A DNA stretch of 64,000 bases from an uncultured Chloroflexia bacterium (lineage in GTDB: Bacteria; Chloroflexota; Limnocylindria; Limnocylindrales; CSP1-4). This document shows, one piece after another, positions 50,859-60,478 of this stretch. Under the pieces are notes generated by a model. The model worked only from the letters and a program-made list of their open reading frames with translations. It searched no databases and was not told where the DNA came from. Location: positions 160,001 through 224,000 of the forward strand of contig CAVPPB010000001.1 of assembly GCA_963707215.1 (NCBI GenBank). Reading direction: 5' to 3'. Numbering within the stretch: the first letter of the stretch is position 1; every line of letters begins with the position of its first letter. Made by a program: the position numbers and the translations under genes.

Positions 50859-52088
50859 CTACGGGAAGACGCCCCGGAGCGCCTCCCGGATCCGGCTCAT
50901 CGTCCCGCCGCCGCCGGTCTCGTAGCCGACGAGGTCCTGACCTCCGAGACCAGCCGCACCCCAGGCAAGGAGGCCTACCGGTGTCGCGTATGCCGGCGTC
51001 AGGAGCGTGTCGACGAGGCCGCCGATGCCGCTCGGGCCGGCGATGCGGACCGGCATCTGGAGGACCTCCCGGCCGAGCTCGGCGGCGCCGGCCAGCTGTG
51101 CGCCCCCGCCCGTCAGGACGATGCCGGCCGGCAGCATCCCCGGGCCGGCGGCGGCCATCCGATCGCGAAGCAGCTCGAAGGTCTCGCGCATGCGGGCCTC
51201 GATGATCATGCAGAGCTCCAGGCGCGAGAGCTCGCGGCCGGCATCCTCGCCGAGGACGCTCACCGAGACGGTCTCGTCCTCGGTGATGCCGCGGAGGTCA
51301 CACGATCCGTGCTGGAGCTTGAGCTCCTCGGCCACCTGGAGGCTCGTCTTGAGGCCGATCGCCACGTCGTTCGTGACGTTGTTGCCGCCGACCGGCAGGA
51401 CGGCCGTCTGGAACGGCGATCCCTCGCTGAACATCGCCAGGTCGATCGTCCCGGCACCGATGTCGGCGACGGCGACCCCGAGGTCCTTCTCGGTCTCGGT
51501 CAGGACCGCCTCGGCCGACGCGAGCGAGCTGACGACGAGCTCGTCGATCTTCACCCCGGCCGCCTGGACGCACTTCGAGAGGTTCTGGACGGCGGTCGCC
51601 GAGGCGGTGACGATGTGCGTCTCCACCTCGAGCCGTAGCGCGCTCATGCCGAGCGGGTCCTTGACGCCCTCCTGGCCGTCGACGATGAAGCCCCGGCGCT
51701 CGACGTGGAGGACCTCCCGGTTCGACGGGATCGAGACGGCCCGGGCGACCTCGATGGCCCGGTTGATGTCCTCCCGGGTGACCTCGCGATGGTGGGCGGT
51801 CACGGCGACCTGCCCGGTCGAGTTCTGGCTCTCGACATGGTTGCCGCCGATCGACACGAAGGCCCGGTCGATCTTGAACCCGGAAAGCCGCTCGGCCCGG
51901 ACGACGGCGTCGGAGATGGATCGGACCGTCTGGTCGATGTTGACGACGGCGCCCTTCTTGAGGCCGGCTGCCGGGACGGTGCCGTGGCCCATGATCGTGA
52001 GCCGACCATCGCGACTGACCTCGCCGATCAGCGCACAGACCTTGGATGTGCCGACGTCGATCCCGACCAGGACCGCTTCCCGTTCCAC
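50859..52088 (-). CDS. ftsA: Cell division protein FtsA
   Basis: GIDVGTSKV, DPLGMS, DIGAGT, AEELK, VLTGGGAQL. Confidence 0.96.
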   Translation of the reverse strand: MEREAVLVGIDVGTSKVCALIGEVSRDGRLTIMGHGTVPAAGLKKGAVVNIDQTVRSISDAVVRAERLSGFKIDRAFVSIGGNHVESQNSTGQVAVTAHHREVTREDINRAIEVARAVSIPSNREVLHVERRGFIVDGQEGVKDPLGMSALRLEVETHIVTASATAVQNLSKCVQAAGVKIDELVVSSLASAEAVLTETEKDLGVAVADIGAGTIDLAMFSEGSPFQTAVLPVGGNNVTNDVAIGLKTSLQVAEELKLQHGSCDLRGITEDETVSVSVLGEDAGRELSRLELCMIIEARMRETFELLRDRMAAAGPGMLPAGIVLTGGGAQLAGAAELGREVLQMPVRIAGPSGIGGLVDTLLTPAYATPVGLLAWGAAGLGGQDLVGYETGGGGTMSRIREALRGVFP

Positions 52089-52108
52089 GTGTGTCTCGCT
52101 CCGCTCGC

Positions 52109-52432
52109 CTAGATGAAGTGGCGCCGGATCAGCGCCACGTTGTTGAAGATCCGAAGGCCGAAAGTGATCAGCGCAACCAGATAGAGGTCAAGCCCGAGGC
52201 GATCGCCGATGAAGGTAAGGATGACCGCCACGATAGCGTTCGTGACGAACCCGCTGATGAAGATCCGATTGTCATAGACCCCGTCGAGCTCCGCCCGGAC
52301 CGCCCCCACGACCGAATCGAGCGCCGCCAGGATGGCCACGGCCGTGTAGCGACTGAACTCGAACCCGACATTGACCTGGAGGACCAGCCCGGCAAGGATC
52401 CCGACCAGGAGCCCGAGCAGGGGCAACAGCAC
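52109..52432 (-). CDS. Small basic protein Sbp (DUF1290)
   Basis: YTAVAILAALDSVVG, FISGF, GDRLGLDLY, RIFNNVA. Confidence 0.88.
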   Translation of the reverse strand: MLLPLLGLLVGILAGLVLQVNVGFEFSRYTAVAILAALDSVVGAVRAELDGVYDNRIFISGFVTNAIVAVILTFIGDRLGLDLYLVALITFGLRIFNNVALIRRHFI

Positions 52433-52535
52433 GTGGGCGATGTCCTCGTTCCGATGGCTTCCGGCAAGGCTACCAGACCCGCCCCCGGACGGACGGGGAC
52501 CAGGCGTGATCGGCGTCCCCGGGCGCGGCCGACGG

Positions 52536-53432
52536 TCACGGGTCCGTCGGGTCCGGCGACGGCTCCGGTGTGGCTCGAGGTACGTACGTCCCCTCGGTCC
52601 CTGAGGCCAGGATCACCCGCCCGAGTTCGGGTTCGCGCCCGTCGAGGAGACTCCGGAGCAGGCGGACCTGGGCCGGGATCATCGACGTCGGGCGCAGGTC
52701 GGCGGCAAGATCGGAGGTGTAGAAGCCGAAGATCGCGGCCCAGCCGACCGTCGGCTCGCCGTCCGGGCGGACGACCCAGCCGGCCCCCTCGTCAAAGGCG
52801 ACGACGAGCCGCGGGGCCGCGCTCCCGACGTCGGACGCGACCAGCGAGGCCAGCCGCCGAGCCGCGTCGAGCATCACCGGGCCCACCGTCGCGCCCACCC
52901 GGAGGCCCGTCGCCGACCGGCCGTCGCCGATGACCGGGATCGGCCCGCCGCCGTCAGCCGGGTCCAGTCGCGGCAGGGCGGCATCGGGCACCTGCTCGGC
53001 GATGACCCGTCCATCCACGTCGACGAGGAAGGTCCGCTCGCCGATCCGCCAGGCGACGATCGGTCGGCGCTCGGTGACCCGGACGATGACGGTGCCGGGC
53101 AGTCCGACCTGGAGCTCGGCGTCGGCCACGGCCGGGAGCTCTCGCAGCGAGGCGACCAGGTGCTCCGTCCGGAGCGCGACCAGGGGCTCACCGGCGGGCA
53201 GGGCCACCGTCGCCCTGATGGCCGTGTCGTCGGTCAGGTCGGCGCCCTCGACGACGAGTCGCTCCAGGCCGAAGACCGGCGAGGTGGCCAGCGCGTAGAG
53301 GCCTCCGGCAGCGACGAGCATCGCCAGGATCCCGCCGGCTCGGGCAGCGGTCAGGCGGGGCGTCCGCCTGCGGACCTTGGCGGAGCGCCGTCGAACATGC
53401 CCCACGGTTCGGACGGACGATCGAGCGGTCAT
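52536..53432 (-). CDS. ftsQ: FtsQ/DivIB-type cell division protein
   Basis: Basic N-tail, one TM, POTRA-like LPAVADA...LPGTVIVRVTERRP; position after ddl. Confidence 0.8.
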   Translation of the reverse strand: MTARSSVRTVGHVRRRSAKVRRRTPRLTAARAGGILAMLVAAGGLYALATSPVFGLERLVVEGADLTDDTAIRATVALPAGEPLVALRTEHLVASLRELPAVADAELQVGLPGTVIVRVTERRPIVAWRIGERTFLVDVDGRVIAEQVPDAALPRLDPADGGGPIPVIGDGRSATGLRVGATVGPVMLDAARRLASLVASDVGSAAPRLVVAFDEGAGWVVRPDGEPTVGWAAIFGFYTSDLAADLRPTSMIPAQVRLLRSLLDGREPELGRVILASGTEGTYVPRATPEPSPDPTDP

Positions 53433-54550
53433 CGGGGGAGGTCCTCCAGGGTCGGGTGGTGGCCCACCCGGTCGCGGCAGCGCTCCACGGCGAGCCTGAC
53501 GACCCGTCGGCAGACGGCAGCGAAGTCGAGGCCCGCCTCGGCGGGCAGGGTCGGGAAGAGGCTGATCGGCGTGAAGCCCGGGATGGTGTTGATCTCGGAC
53601 ACGTAGGGCTGATCGCCCACGAGCAGGAAGTCGACGCGGGCGAAGCCCTCGGCTCCGATCGCGCGGTAGGCATCGCGGGCCAACTTCTGGATAGCGGCCC
53701 GGAGCGAGGGCTCCAGCTCGGCACGGACCGAGGTCTCCGAGAGGCCTGGCGTGTACTTCGCCTCGTAGTCGTAGAACTCGCGGCCGGACAGGATCTCGCC
53801 GGGGCCGAAGACCTCGAGGTGGGTCGGGTCGTTACCGATGACGGCGACCTCCAGCTCGCGCGAGCCGGCGAGGTAGCGCTCGACAAGGGCGACCGAGTCA
53901 AACCGGAAGGCTGTCTCCAGGGCCGGCCCACGCTCATCCGGAACGTGGGCAAGGGTCATCCCGAGCGAACTGCCCAGCCGGGCGGGCTTCACCATGAGGC
54001 GGTCGTCGCCGATGCCCCGGGCGAAGGCCTCGAGCTCGGCGAGGACCGCGCCCGGCTCGCGATGCCAGTGGTCGAGGCGGACCTCGCGCCAGTCGGCCAC
54101 CGGCAGGCCCAGGCCCTGGACGAGGCGCTTGAAGACCACCTTGTCCATCCCGATCCCGGAGGCGGTGACACCCGATCCCGTGTAGCAGAGCCCGGCGGCC
54201 TCGAGGAGGCCCTGGACCGTCCCGTCCTCGCCCCACGGGCCGTGAAGGGCGATGAAGACGATCGGTGGCGGGTCCTCCGCGACGAGCCGATCGATGGCCG
54301 CCCCGACGCCGAACGGCCCCGACGCACCCAGCGTCGCCGGGTCGTCGTAGGCCGCGGCCGGAAGGCCGGATCGGCGGTGCTCCGGCGGCAGCCACCACCA
54401 GCGTCCCTCGAGATCCACGATGATCGACTCCACGGACGTCCCGGAGTCGGCCAGCGCCTGGGCGACGGCCGTGCCGGAAACGACCGAGACGTCGTGCTCG
54501 GCCGAGGGCCCGCCGAACAGGACGGCCACCGGGGTCGGCGAGCCGGTCAC
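53429..54550 (-). CDS. ddl: D-alanine-D-alanine ligase
   Basis: GGPSAEHDVS, LHGPWGEDG, GSSLG, FYDYEAKY, EINTIPG. Confidence 0.96.
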   Translation of the reverse strand: MTGSPTPVAVLFGGPSAEHDVSVVSGTAVAQALADSGTSVESIIVDLEGRWWWLPPEHRRSGLPAAAYDDPATLGASGPFGVGAAIDRLVAEDPPPIVFIALHGPWGEDGTVQGLLEAAGLCYTGSGVTASGIGMDKVVFKRLVQGLGLPVADWREVRLDHWHREPGAVLAELEAFARGIGDDRLMVKPARLGSSLGMTLAHVPDERGPALETAFRFDSVALVERYLAGSRELEVAVIGNDPTHLEVFGPGEILSGREFYDYEAKYTPGLSETSVRAELEPSLRAAIQKLARDAYRAIGAEGFARVDFLLVGDQPYVSEINTIPGFTPISLFPTLPAEAGLDFAAVCRRVVRLAVERCRDRVGHHPTLEDLPR

Positions 54551-55581
54551 CGATCGTCCTCCTCGGTCCACGGCCAGCCCGTCCAGTCGCCGATGAACTC
54601 GATCTCGAATTCAAGGACGACCCCGTGCCGCTCGACGACGATCGCCCGGACGCGCTCGGCGAGCCGGCGGACGTCGGCGGCGCTGCCGCGCTGATCGTTG
54701 ACGATGAAGTTCGCGTGCCGGTCGCTGACGACGGCGCCACCGATCCGGAGGCCCTTGCAGCCGGCCTGGTCGATCAGGCGGCCGGCTGACTCCCCGGGCG
54801 GGTTCCGGAAGACGCTGCCGGCCGACGGCAGCCCCAGCGGCTGGTGCTCGCGCCGCCAGCGTCGGATGTCGTCCAGCCTGGCCCGGAGCACCGCGGGATC
54901 GGCCGGCTCGAGCCGGAAGGTCGCCGCGGTCACGATCTCCGGTGGCGAGGGCGGGATCGTCCCGTCGGCCGCGGGGGCCAGCTTGAAGCGGCTCTCCCGG
55001 TAGGCGAACCGCATCTCCGCCGCCGGCACCCGGACCTCGCTCCCGTCGTCCCGGAGGACCGTGGCCGACTCGAGGATCCGCGCGATCTCGCCATCGTGCG
55101 CACCGGCATTCGCCCACACCGCCCCGCCGATCGTCCCGGGGATCGCCAGGCCGAACTCGAGCCCCGCCAGCCCGGCGTTCGTCGTCTCCGTGGCCGCCCG
55201 GGCCATCGGCAGCCCCGCCTCGGCGACGAAGCGGGAGCCGTCGATCCGCCAGCCCTCGGCCCGATCCTGGACGACGAGCCCACGGATGCCTCGGTCGCTG
55301 ATGACGGTGTTGCTGCCGCGGCCCAGCAGGGTGAACGGGATCCCGCGCGCCCGCGCGTGCTTGACGATGGCCCGCAGCTCGAATGCGTTGTGGACGATGG
55401 CGAAGAGGTCCGCCGGGCCCCCGGCCCGCATCGTGGTGAAGCGTGCCATCGGCTCGTCGCGCGACGTCTTCACACCGATACGGCGCTGGATCTCGGCTCC
55501 GGCAGCCACCGGGTCGATGGCCGGGACGCCGGCGGTCCGGCGGTCCGGGGCCCGACCGGACCGGCCGCCCGACCCGCTCAC
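54547..55581 (-). CDS. murB: UDP-N-acetylenolpyruvylglucosamine reductase
   Basis: GGPAD, LGRGSN, IPGTIGGA, YRES, SAGSVFRNP, HANFIVN. Confidence 0.95.
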   Translation of the reverse strand: MSGSGGRSGRAPDRRTAGVPAIDPVAAGAEIQRRIGVKTSRDEPMARFTTMRAGGPADLFAIVHNAFELRAIVKHARARGIPFTLLGRGSNTVISDRGIRGLVVQDRAEGWRIDGSRFVAEAGLPMARAATETTNAGLAGLEFGLAIPGTIGGAVWANAGAHDGEIARILESATVLRDDGSEVRVPAAEMRFAYRESRFKLAPAADGTIPPSPPEIVTAATFRLEPADPAVLRARLDDIRRWRREHQPLGLPSAGSVFRNPPGESAGRLIDQAGCKGLRIGGAVVSDRHANFIVNDQRGSAADVRRLAERVRAIVVERHGVVLEFEIEFIGDWTGWPWTEEDDR

Positions 55582-56729
55582 GCGGCGGCTCCGGTCGCCA
55601 GCCGCTCGATCGCCTCGATCGACGGCGGGGGCCGACGCTCCGCCGCGGCCATGACCAGCTCGGCGACCGCGTCGGCCGCGCCCGGCCGGCCCATCGATCG
55701 GGCTGCGGCACTCATCTCGACGTGGCGACGCGCGTCGTCGACGAGCGCGACGGCCTCGAGCAGGGCGTCGGCATCGAAGGCCTCGTCGAGGACCAGGCGA
55801 GCCGCCCCGGCGTCCGCAAGGGTCCGCGCGTTGGCCAGCTGATGGCCGGCAGCGTGGGGGTATGGCACCACGACCATCGGCAGGCCCAGCGCGGTCGCCT
55901 CGGCCAGGGTCGAGGCCCCGGCCCGGCCCACGAGGAGGTCGGCGGCCGCAAGGACCACGGTCATCTCTTCGCCCAGGAACGCTCGCGGGCGGTAGCGCTC
56001 TCGAAGCTCGGCTGGCAGCCGTGCCCGATCGGCGGTCGCGCCAGCGAGGCCCTGGTCGCCGGTGACGTGGACGACCACCACCCGCTCGACCAGACGGGGC
56101 AGTGCCTCGCTGACGGCGGCATTGAACCGGTGCACGGCCTGTGAACCTCCGAAGACGACCAGCAGTCGGTCGCCGGAACCGATCCCGAGGCCCTCCCGGG
56201 CCGCCAGCCGGTCGATCGAGCGCAGGTCCCGGATCGGCGTGCCGGTCACGTAGCAGGGCCCACCGGATGCCAGCCTGGCGCAGGTCTCGGGCGAGGAGAC
56301 CGCCACGACGGACGCGCGCCGGGCGACGACCCGCGCGCTGCGGCCGGGGACGACGTTGCCCTCCCAGAGGACGACAGGGATCCCCAGGGGCACCGCCGCG
56401 AGGGCGACCGGCAGCGCCACGTAGCCACCCGTCGTGAAGATCGCGGCGGGCCGCTCACCGGCGAGGACGGCCGCAGCCTGCGGGACAGCCGCAGCAAGGC
56501 GGACCGGGTCGAGGACCAGGTGGACGTCGCGATCGACCGTCCGAAGGGAGCGCAGGGCCAACCGCTGGAAGGGGATCCCGGCCGCCGGGACGAGCGCACC
56601 CTCCAGCCCGCGGTGGCCGCCGAGCCAGCGGAGCTCAGGCGCTCCCGGCACGGCGCTCAGCGACCGGGCGACGGCCAGGGCCGGGAAGATGTGCCCGCCC
56701 GTTCCGCCGCCCGCGATCAGCAGGCGCAT
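55578..56729 (-). CDS. murG: Lipid II GlcNAc transferase
   Basis: AGGGTGGHIFP, GGYV, GGSQ, RAGAST, HQLANA; ATG at 56729. Confidence 0.95.
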   Translation of the reverse strand: MRLLIAGGGTGGHIFPALAVARSLSAVPGAPELRWLGGHRGLEGALVPAAGIPFQRLALRSLRTVDRDVHLVLDPVRLAAAVPQAAAVLAGERPAAIFTTGGYVALPVALAAVPLGIPVVLWEGNVVPGRSARVVARRASVVAVSSPETCARLASGGPCYVTGTPIRDLRSIDRLAAREGLGIGSGDRLLVVFGGSQAVHRFNAAVSEALPRLVERVVVVHVTGDQGLAGATADRARLPAELRERYRPRAFLGEEMTVVLAAADLLVGRAGASTLAEATALGLPMVVVPYPHAAGHQLANARTLADAGAARLVLDEAFDADALLEAVALVDDARRHVEMSAAARSMGRPGAADAVAELVMAAAERRPPPSIEAIERLATGAAA

Positions 56730-57948
56730 CGTTCCAGCTCCCTCGCTCGACCGTCTCACGCGAGATCGACAGCAGGATGCCGACCGCAGCGAAGCTGATG
56801 ATCAGCGACGACCCGCCGGCGCTCACGAACGGCAGGGTGATACCGGTGACCGGGAAGAGGGCCACCACGACGCCGATGTTGATGAAGGCCTGGAGGCAGA
56901 GCCAGGCGGTGATGCCGGCTGCCAGGAGGGCCCCGAAGGTGTCCGGCGCGGACATGGCCACCCTGGTCCCCTGGTAGGCGACGACCAGGAAGAGGATGAT
57001 GACCAGCCCCGCCCCGATGAACCCGAGCTCCTCGCCGATGATCGCGAAGATGAAGTCGTTCCAGGCGTTGGGCAGGTAGAGGCCGCCGGCGAGCCGGCTC
57101 TCGCCGAGTCCTGACCCCAGGATCCCGCCGAGACCGAGGGCCAGGAGCCCCTGGATGGTGTGGAAGCCCGCTCCCAGCGGATCGGCCCACGGGTCGAGCC
57201 AGGCCTGGATCCGCGCCAGCTGGTAGCCGCGCAACCCGATGACGGCGACCGCGCCCAGCCCCAGGAGGCCGAGGATCGCCATGTGGAGCAGGTTGGCCCC
57301 GGCGACGAAGAACATCGTCACCGCTGTCGCCGCCACGACGATCGTGGTGCCCAGGTCGGGCTCGCGGAAGATCAGGAAGATGACCGGCCCGGCCACCAGC
57401 AGGAACGGCAGCGTGCCCCGCCAGAAGCTGCGAACCTCCGTGCCCCGGCTGGCCAGGAGATGGGCCAGGTACAGGACGAGGGCCAGCTTGGCGAACTCCG
57501 CCGGGTGGATCGCCGGCAAGGGCCCGATCTGCAGCCAGCGGGCGGCCCCTCCCACGCTCCGCGGCTCGAGCGGCCCGATGGGAGGGAGGAGCACCAGGAC
57601 GAGGAGGATCACTGCGACGAGGTAGGCCGGGATCGAGACGAGCCGGAGCAGTCGGTAGTCGAGCCGGCTCATGACGAGCATCGCGATCAGGCCCAGGGCT
57701 GCCCAGAGGATCTGGGGGCCCACGATGGCCAGCGTGTCGTCGGCCTGGAGGTAGGAGCGGATGCCCGATGACGAGTAGACCATCACGATGCCGACGGCGG
57801 CGAGCGCGACGACGGCGACGAGGATCGCGTGATCCATGGCGTGACGCTCGCGCCGCAGGCCCTTCGTCGGCCTGGCCCCGCGCGGTCCGCGCCGCGTGAC
57901 CGCCTCCGGCGGCGTCGGGCGGACCATGTCCGCGGCGCGTCCGATCAT
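56635..57948 (-). CDS. ftsW: SEDS peptidoglycan polymerase FtsW
   Basis: MVYSSS, GGAARW, PAEFAK, EPDLGT, DFIFAIIGEELG, TGITLPFVSAGGSS; GGAGGGGAG SD. Confidence 0.94.
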   Translation of the reverse strand: MIGRAADMVRPTPPEAVTRRGPRGARPTKGLRRERHAMDHAILVAVVALAAVGIVMVYSSSGIRSYLQADDTLAIVGPQILWAALGLIAMLVMSRLDYRLLRLVSIPAYLVAVILLVLVLLPPIGPLEPRSVGGAARWLQIGPLPAIHPAEFAKLALVLYLAHLLASRGTEVRSFWRGTLPFLLVAGPVIFLIFREPDLGTTIVVAATAVTMFFVAGANLLHMAILGLLGLGAVAVIGLRGYQLARIQAWLDPWADPLGAGFHTIQGLLALGLGGILGSGLGESRLAGGLYLPNAWNDFIFAIIGEELGFIGAGLVIILFLVVAYQGTRVAMSAPDTFGALLAAGITAWLCLQAFINIGVVVALFPVTGITLPFVSAGGSSLIISFAAVGILLSISRETVERGSWNDAPADRGRRNGRAHLPGPGRRPVAERRAGSA

Positions 57949-59501
57949 CGCTCCCCTCCTCGCTCGGCGGCGACCGCAGCGACCGCTGTCTTGAAGGCCC
58001 CTCCGCGGGCGGCGTAGTCCTCGAACATGTCGAAGCTGGCGGCGGCCGGGCTGAGCAGGACGGTCGCCACGGCGCCAGGGGCGTCGGTCGTGAGCGCTTC
58101 CCGGGCGATCGCGTCGGCCCGCCGCACGGCTGCCTCGAGCGACGGTGCGGCCTCGACCCGAGCGAGGCCGCACGAGCGGAACAGCTCGGCCAGCGCGGGG
58201 CCGCTCTCGCCGATGACGACGGCGGCCGAAGCGCGCTCGGCGGCGACCGGGCCCAGCTCCGAGAGGTCGACGCCCTTGTCGCGCCCGCCGGCGATGAGCA
58301 CGAGCGGCCCCGAGAAGGCGCGAAGCGCAGCGATGACGGCATCCGGCTGCGTCCCCTGGGAGTCGTTGACGAACCGGACCCCGTCCACGAGAGCGACCGA
58401 CTCGAGCCGATGCTCGACGCCAGGGAACGCGGCGGCGGCTCGCCGGATGCCGTCGGGTGCCACTCCGAAGAGCAGGGCGACCGAGACCGCCGCCATCGCG
58501 TTGGCGACGTTGTGCTGGCCGGGGATCGCCAGCTCTCCCGCGGGCAGGATCCGCCCGCCGGGTCCCGTCGCGGCCGGGCCGCCACCCGCCAGGGGCAGCC
58601 GGCCGACGCCGGCGGCCACGATCCAGCCGTCCACCAGGCCGACCCCGCCCGGCATCGGGCGGTCGGCACGATAGGTCACGACCGGTGCCGTGCCCAGCGC
58701 CGCGTAGGCAGCGCTGACGGGATCCTGGGCGTTGACGACGAGGGCGCCGTCCGGATCGACGAGCTCCGCCAGGCGTCGCTTCACCCGGCGATAGGCTTCC
58801 ATCGAACCGTGCCGATCGAGATGGTCCGAGGTCACGTTCGTGTAGAGAGCGACCGTGGTGCCATGGGACAGGGTCGGCAGCTGCAGCTCTGACAGCTCGA
58901 TCACGACCCGGTGCTCCGGCGTCAGCTCTGGCAGTCGCTCGACGAGCGGCGTGCCGATGTTGCCGCCCAGGATGACCGGATGGATCGGATCGGCCGCGAG
59001 CAACGCCGCCGCCAGGGACGCGGTCGTCGTCTTGCCCTTGGTGCCGGTGACGCCGACCGACGGTGCGGGGCAGAGCCGAAGGAAGAGATCCGGCTCGGAG
59101 ACCACGGGTGTCGCTGCCGGGTCGCCGGATCGCCAGGCGTCCACCACGGGCCGCAGGGCATCGCGGAGACGGGGCTCGGTGGTCGGGAAGTCGGGGTTGA
59201 TCGATGGCGATGTCACGATCAGCTCGGCTCCGGACCAGGCGACAGCCGGTTCCACCCCGGGGCCCAGCTGCAGGTCGATCCCCCGGTCGCCGACGGCCTC
59301 GATCGCCCGCTCGAACTCGCTCGCCGGGCGCCCGTCGTACACGACGACCTCGGCACCGGCGTCGGCCAGGAAGCGCGCGACGGCGACCCCGGACCGGGCG
59401 AAGCCGAGGACCGCGACCCGCCGCCCGGCCAGGGGTCGGGCGCGCAGGTCAGCCCGAGCGAGCTCCCCGAGATCGACCGGTCGGACCACCACCCCGCTCA
59501 C
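57945..59501 (-). CDS. murD: UDP-MurNAc-L-Ala-D-Glu ligase
   Basis: GFARSG, VTGTKGKTTT, GGNIG, DHLDRH, VEHRLE, NDSQGT, LLSPAAASFDMF. Confidence 0.95.
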   Translation of the reverse strand: MSGVVVRPVDLGELARADLRARPLAGRRVAVLGFARSGVAVARFLADAGAEVVVYDGRPASEFERAIEAVGDRGIDLQLGPGVEPAVAWSGAELIVTSPSINPDFPTTEPRLRDALRPVVDAWRSGDPAATPVVSEPDLFLRLCPAPSVGVTGTKGKTTTASLAAALLAADPIHPVILGGNIGTPLVERLPELTPEHRVVIELSELQLPTLSHGTTVALYTNVTSDHLDRHGSMEAYRRVKRRLAELVDPDGALVVNAQDPVSAAYAALGTAPVVTYRADRPMPGGVGLVDGWIVAAGVGRLPLAGGGPAATGPGGRILPAGELAIPGQHNVANAMAAVSVALLFGVAPDGIRRAAAAFPGVEHRLESVALVDGVRFVNDSQGTQPDAVIAALRAFSGPLVLIAGGRDKGVDLSELGPVAAERASAAVVIGESGPALAELFRSCGLARVEAAPSLEAAVRRADAIAREALTTDAPGAVATVLLSPAAASFDMFEDYAARGGAFKTAVAAVAAERGGER

Positions 59502-60478
59502 GTGAGTCCCCCGATCGAGGCCAGGAACAGCGTCACCCCCAGCATCCCGGCCAGGACGGCCACGATCCAGAAGCGGAGGGTGATCTTCTCCTCGTCCCAG
59601 CCCGACAGCTCGAAGTGGTGATGGAGCGGCGACATCTTGAAGATCCGCTTCCCGCCGGTGAGCTTGTAGTAGCCGACCTGGACGAGGACCGAGCCGGTCT
59701 CGACCACGAAGATGAGGCCGATGAGCGGCAGAACGAGGATCTGCCCGGTGATGAGGGCGATGACCGCCAGGGTCGCGCCGAGCGACAGCGATCCTGCGTC
59801 ACCCATGATCACCCCGGCCGGGTGCACGTTGAACCAGAGGAAACCGAGCAGCGCCCCGATGAGCAGCGCGCAAAGGAAGGCGAGGTTCGGCTGGGTCGGG
59901 ACGTTGAGCAGGGCGATGATCATGAACGAGACGAAGGCGATGATCAGCGTCCCGCCGGCCAGCCCATCGAGCCCGTCGGTGATGTTGACCGCGTTGCTGG
60001 CGGACACGATGGCCAAGGCCGCGAAGGCGACGTAGACGATCGGGTCGATCGAGACCGGGCCGACGAACGGCACCGGGATCGCCGTGATGGCGTAGGTCTG
60101 CTGGATCTGCCAGGCGAAGAAGACCGAGAAGACGACCTGCCAGAGGAGCTTCTGGCGGGCCCGGATGCCCTCCCCCGTCCGGGCGTTGAGGTAGTCGTCG
60201 AAGGCTCCCAGGCCACCGACGATCGCCAGCGCCGCCAGGGGCGGGATGATGCCGCCCTCGGGGGCACCGCGAAGCAGCAGGTAGACGCCCAGGACGACGA
60301 GGATGACGAGGAGGCCGCCCATCGTGGGAACGCCCTCCTTCACGAGATGCGTCTCGGGGCCCTCGCGGCGGATCCGCTTCCCGAAGCCGGCGTGCTTGAG
60401 GAAGCGGATATAGGCAGGCATCAGGATGACCACGACCGCGAAGGCCAGCAGCAGGCCCTGGATCAGCTCGACCGTCAA
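59498..60478 (-). CDS. mraY: Phospho-MurNAc-pentapeptide transferase
   Basis: PTMGG, FDDY, NAVNITDGLDGL, MGDAGS, PLHHHFEL. Confidence 0.97.
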   Translation of the reverse strand: MTVELIQGLLLAFAVVVILMPAYIRFLKHAGFGKRIRREGPETHLVKEGVPTMGGLLVILVVLGVYLLLRGAPEGGIIPPLAALAIVGGLGAFDDYLNARTGEGIRARQKLLWQVVFSVFFAWQIQQTYAITAIPVPFVGPVSIDPIVYVAFAALAIVSASNAVNITDGLDGLAGGTLIIAFVSFMIIALLNVPTQPNLAFLCALLIGALLGFLWFNVHPAGVIMGDAGSLSLGATLAVIALITGQILVLPLIGLIFVVETGSVLVQVGYYKLTGGKRIFKMSPLHHHFELSGWDEEKITLRFWIVAVLAGMLGVTLFLASIGGLT

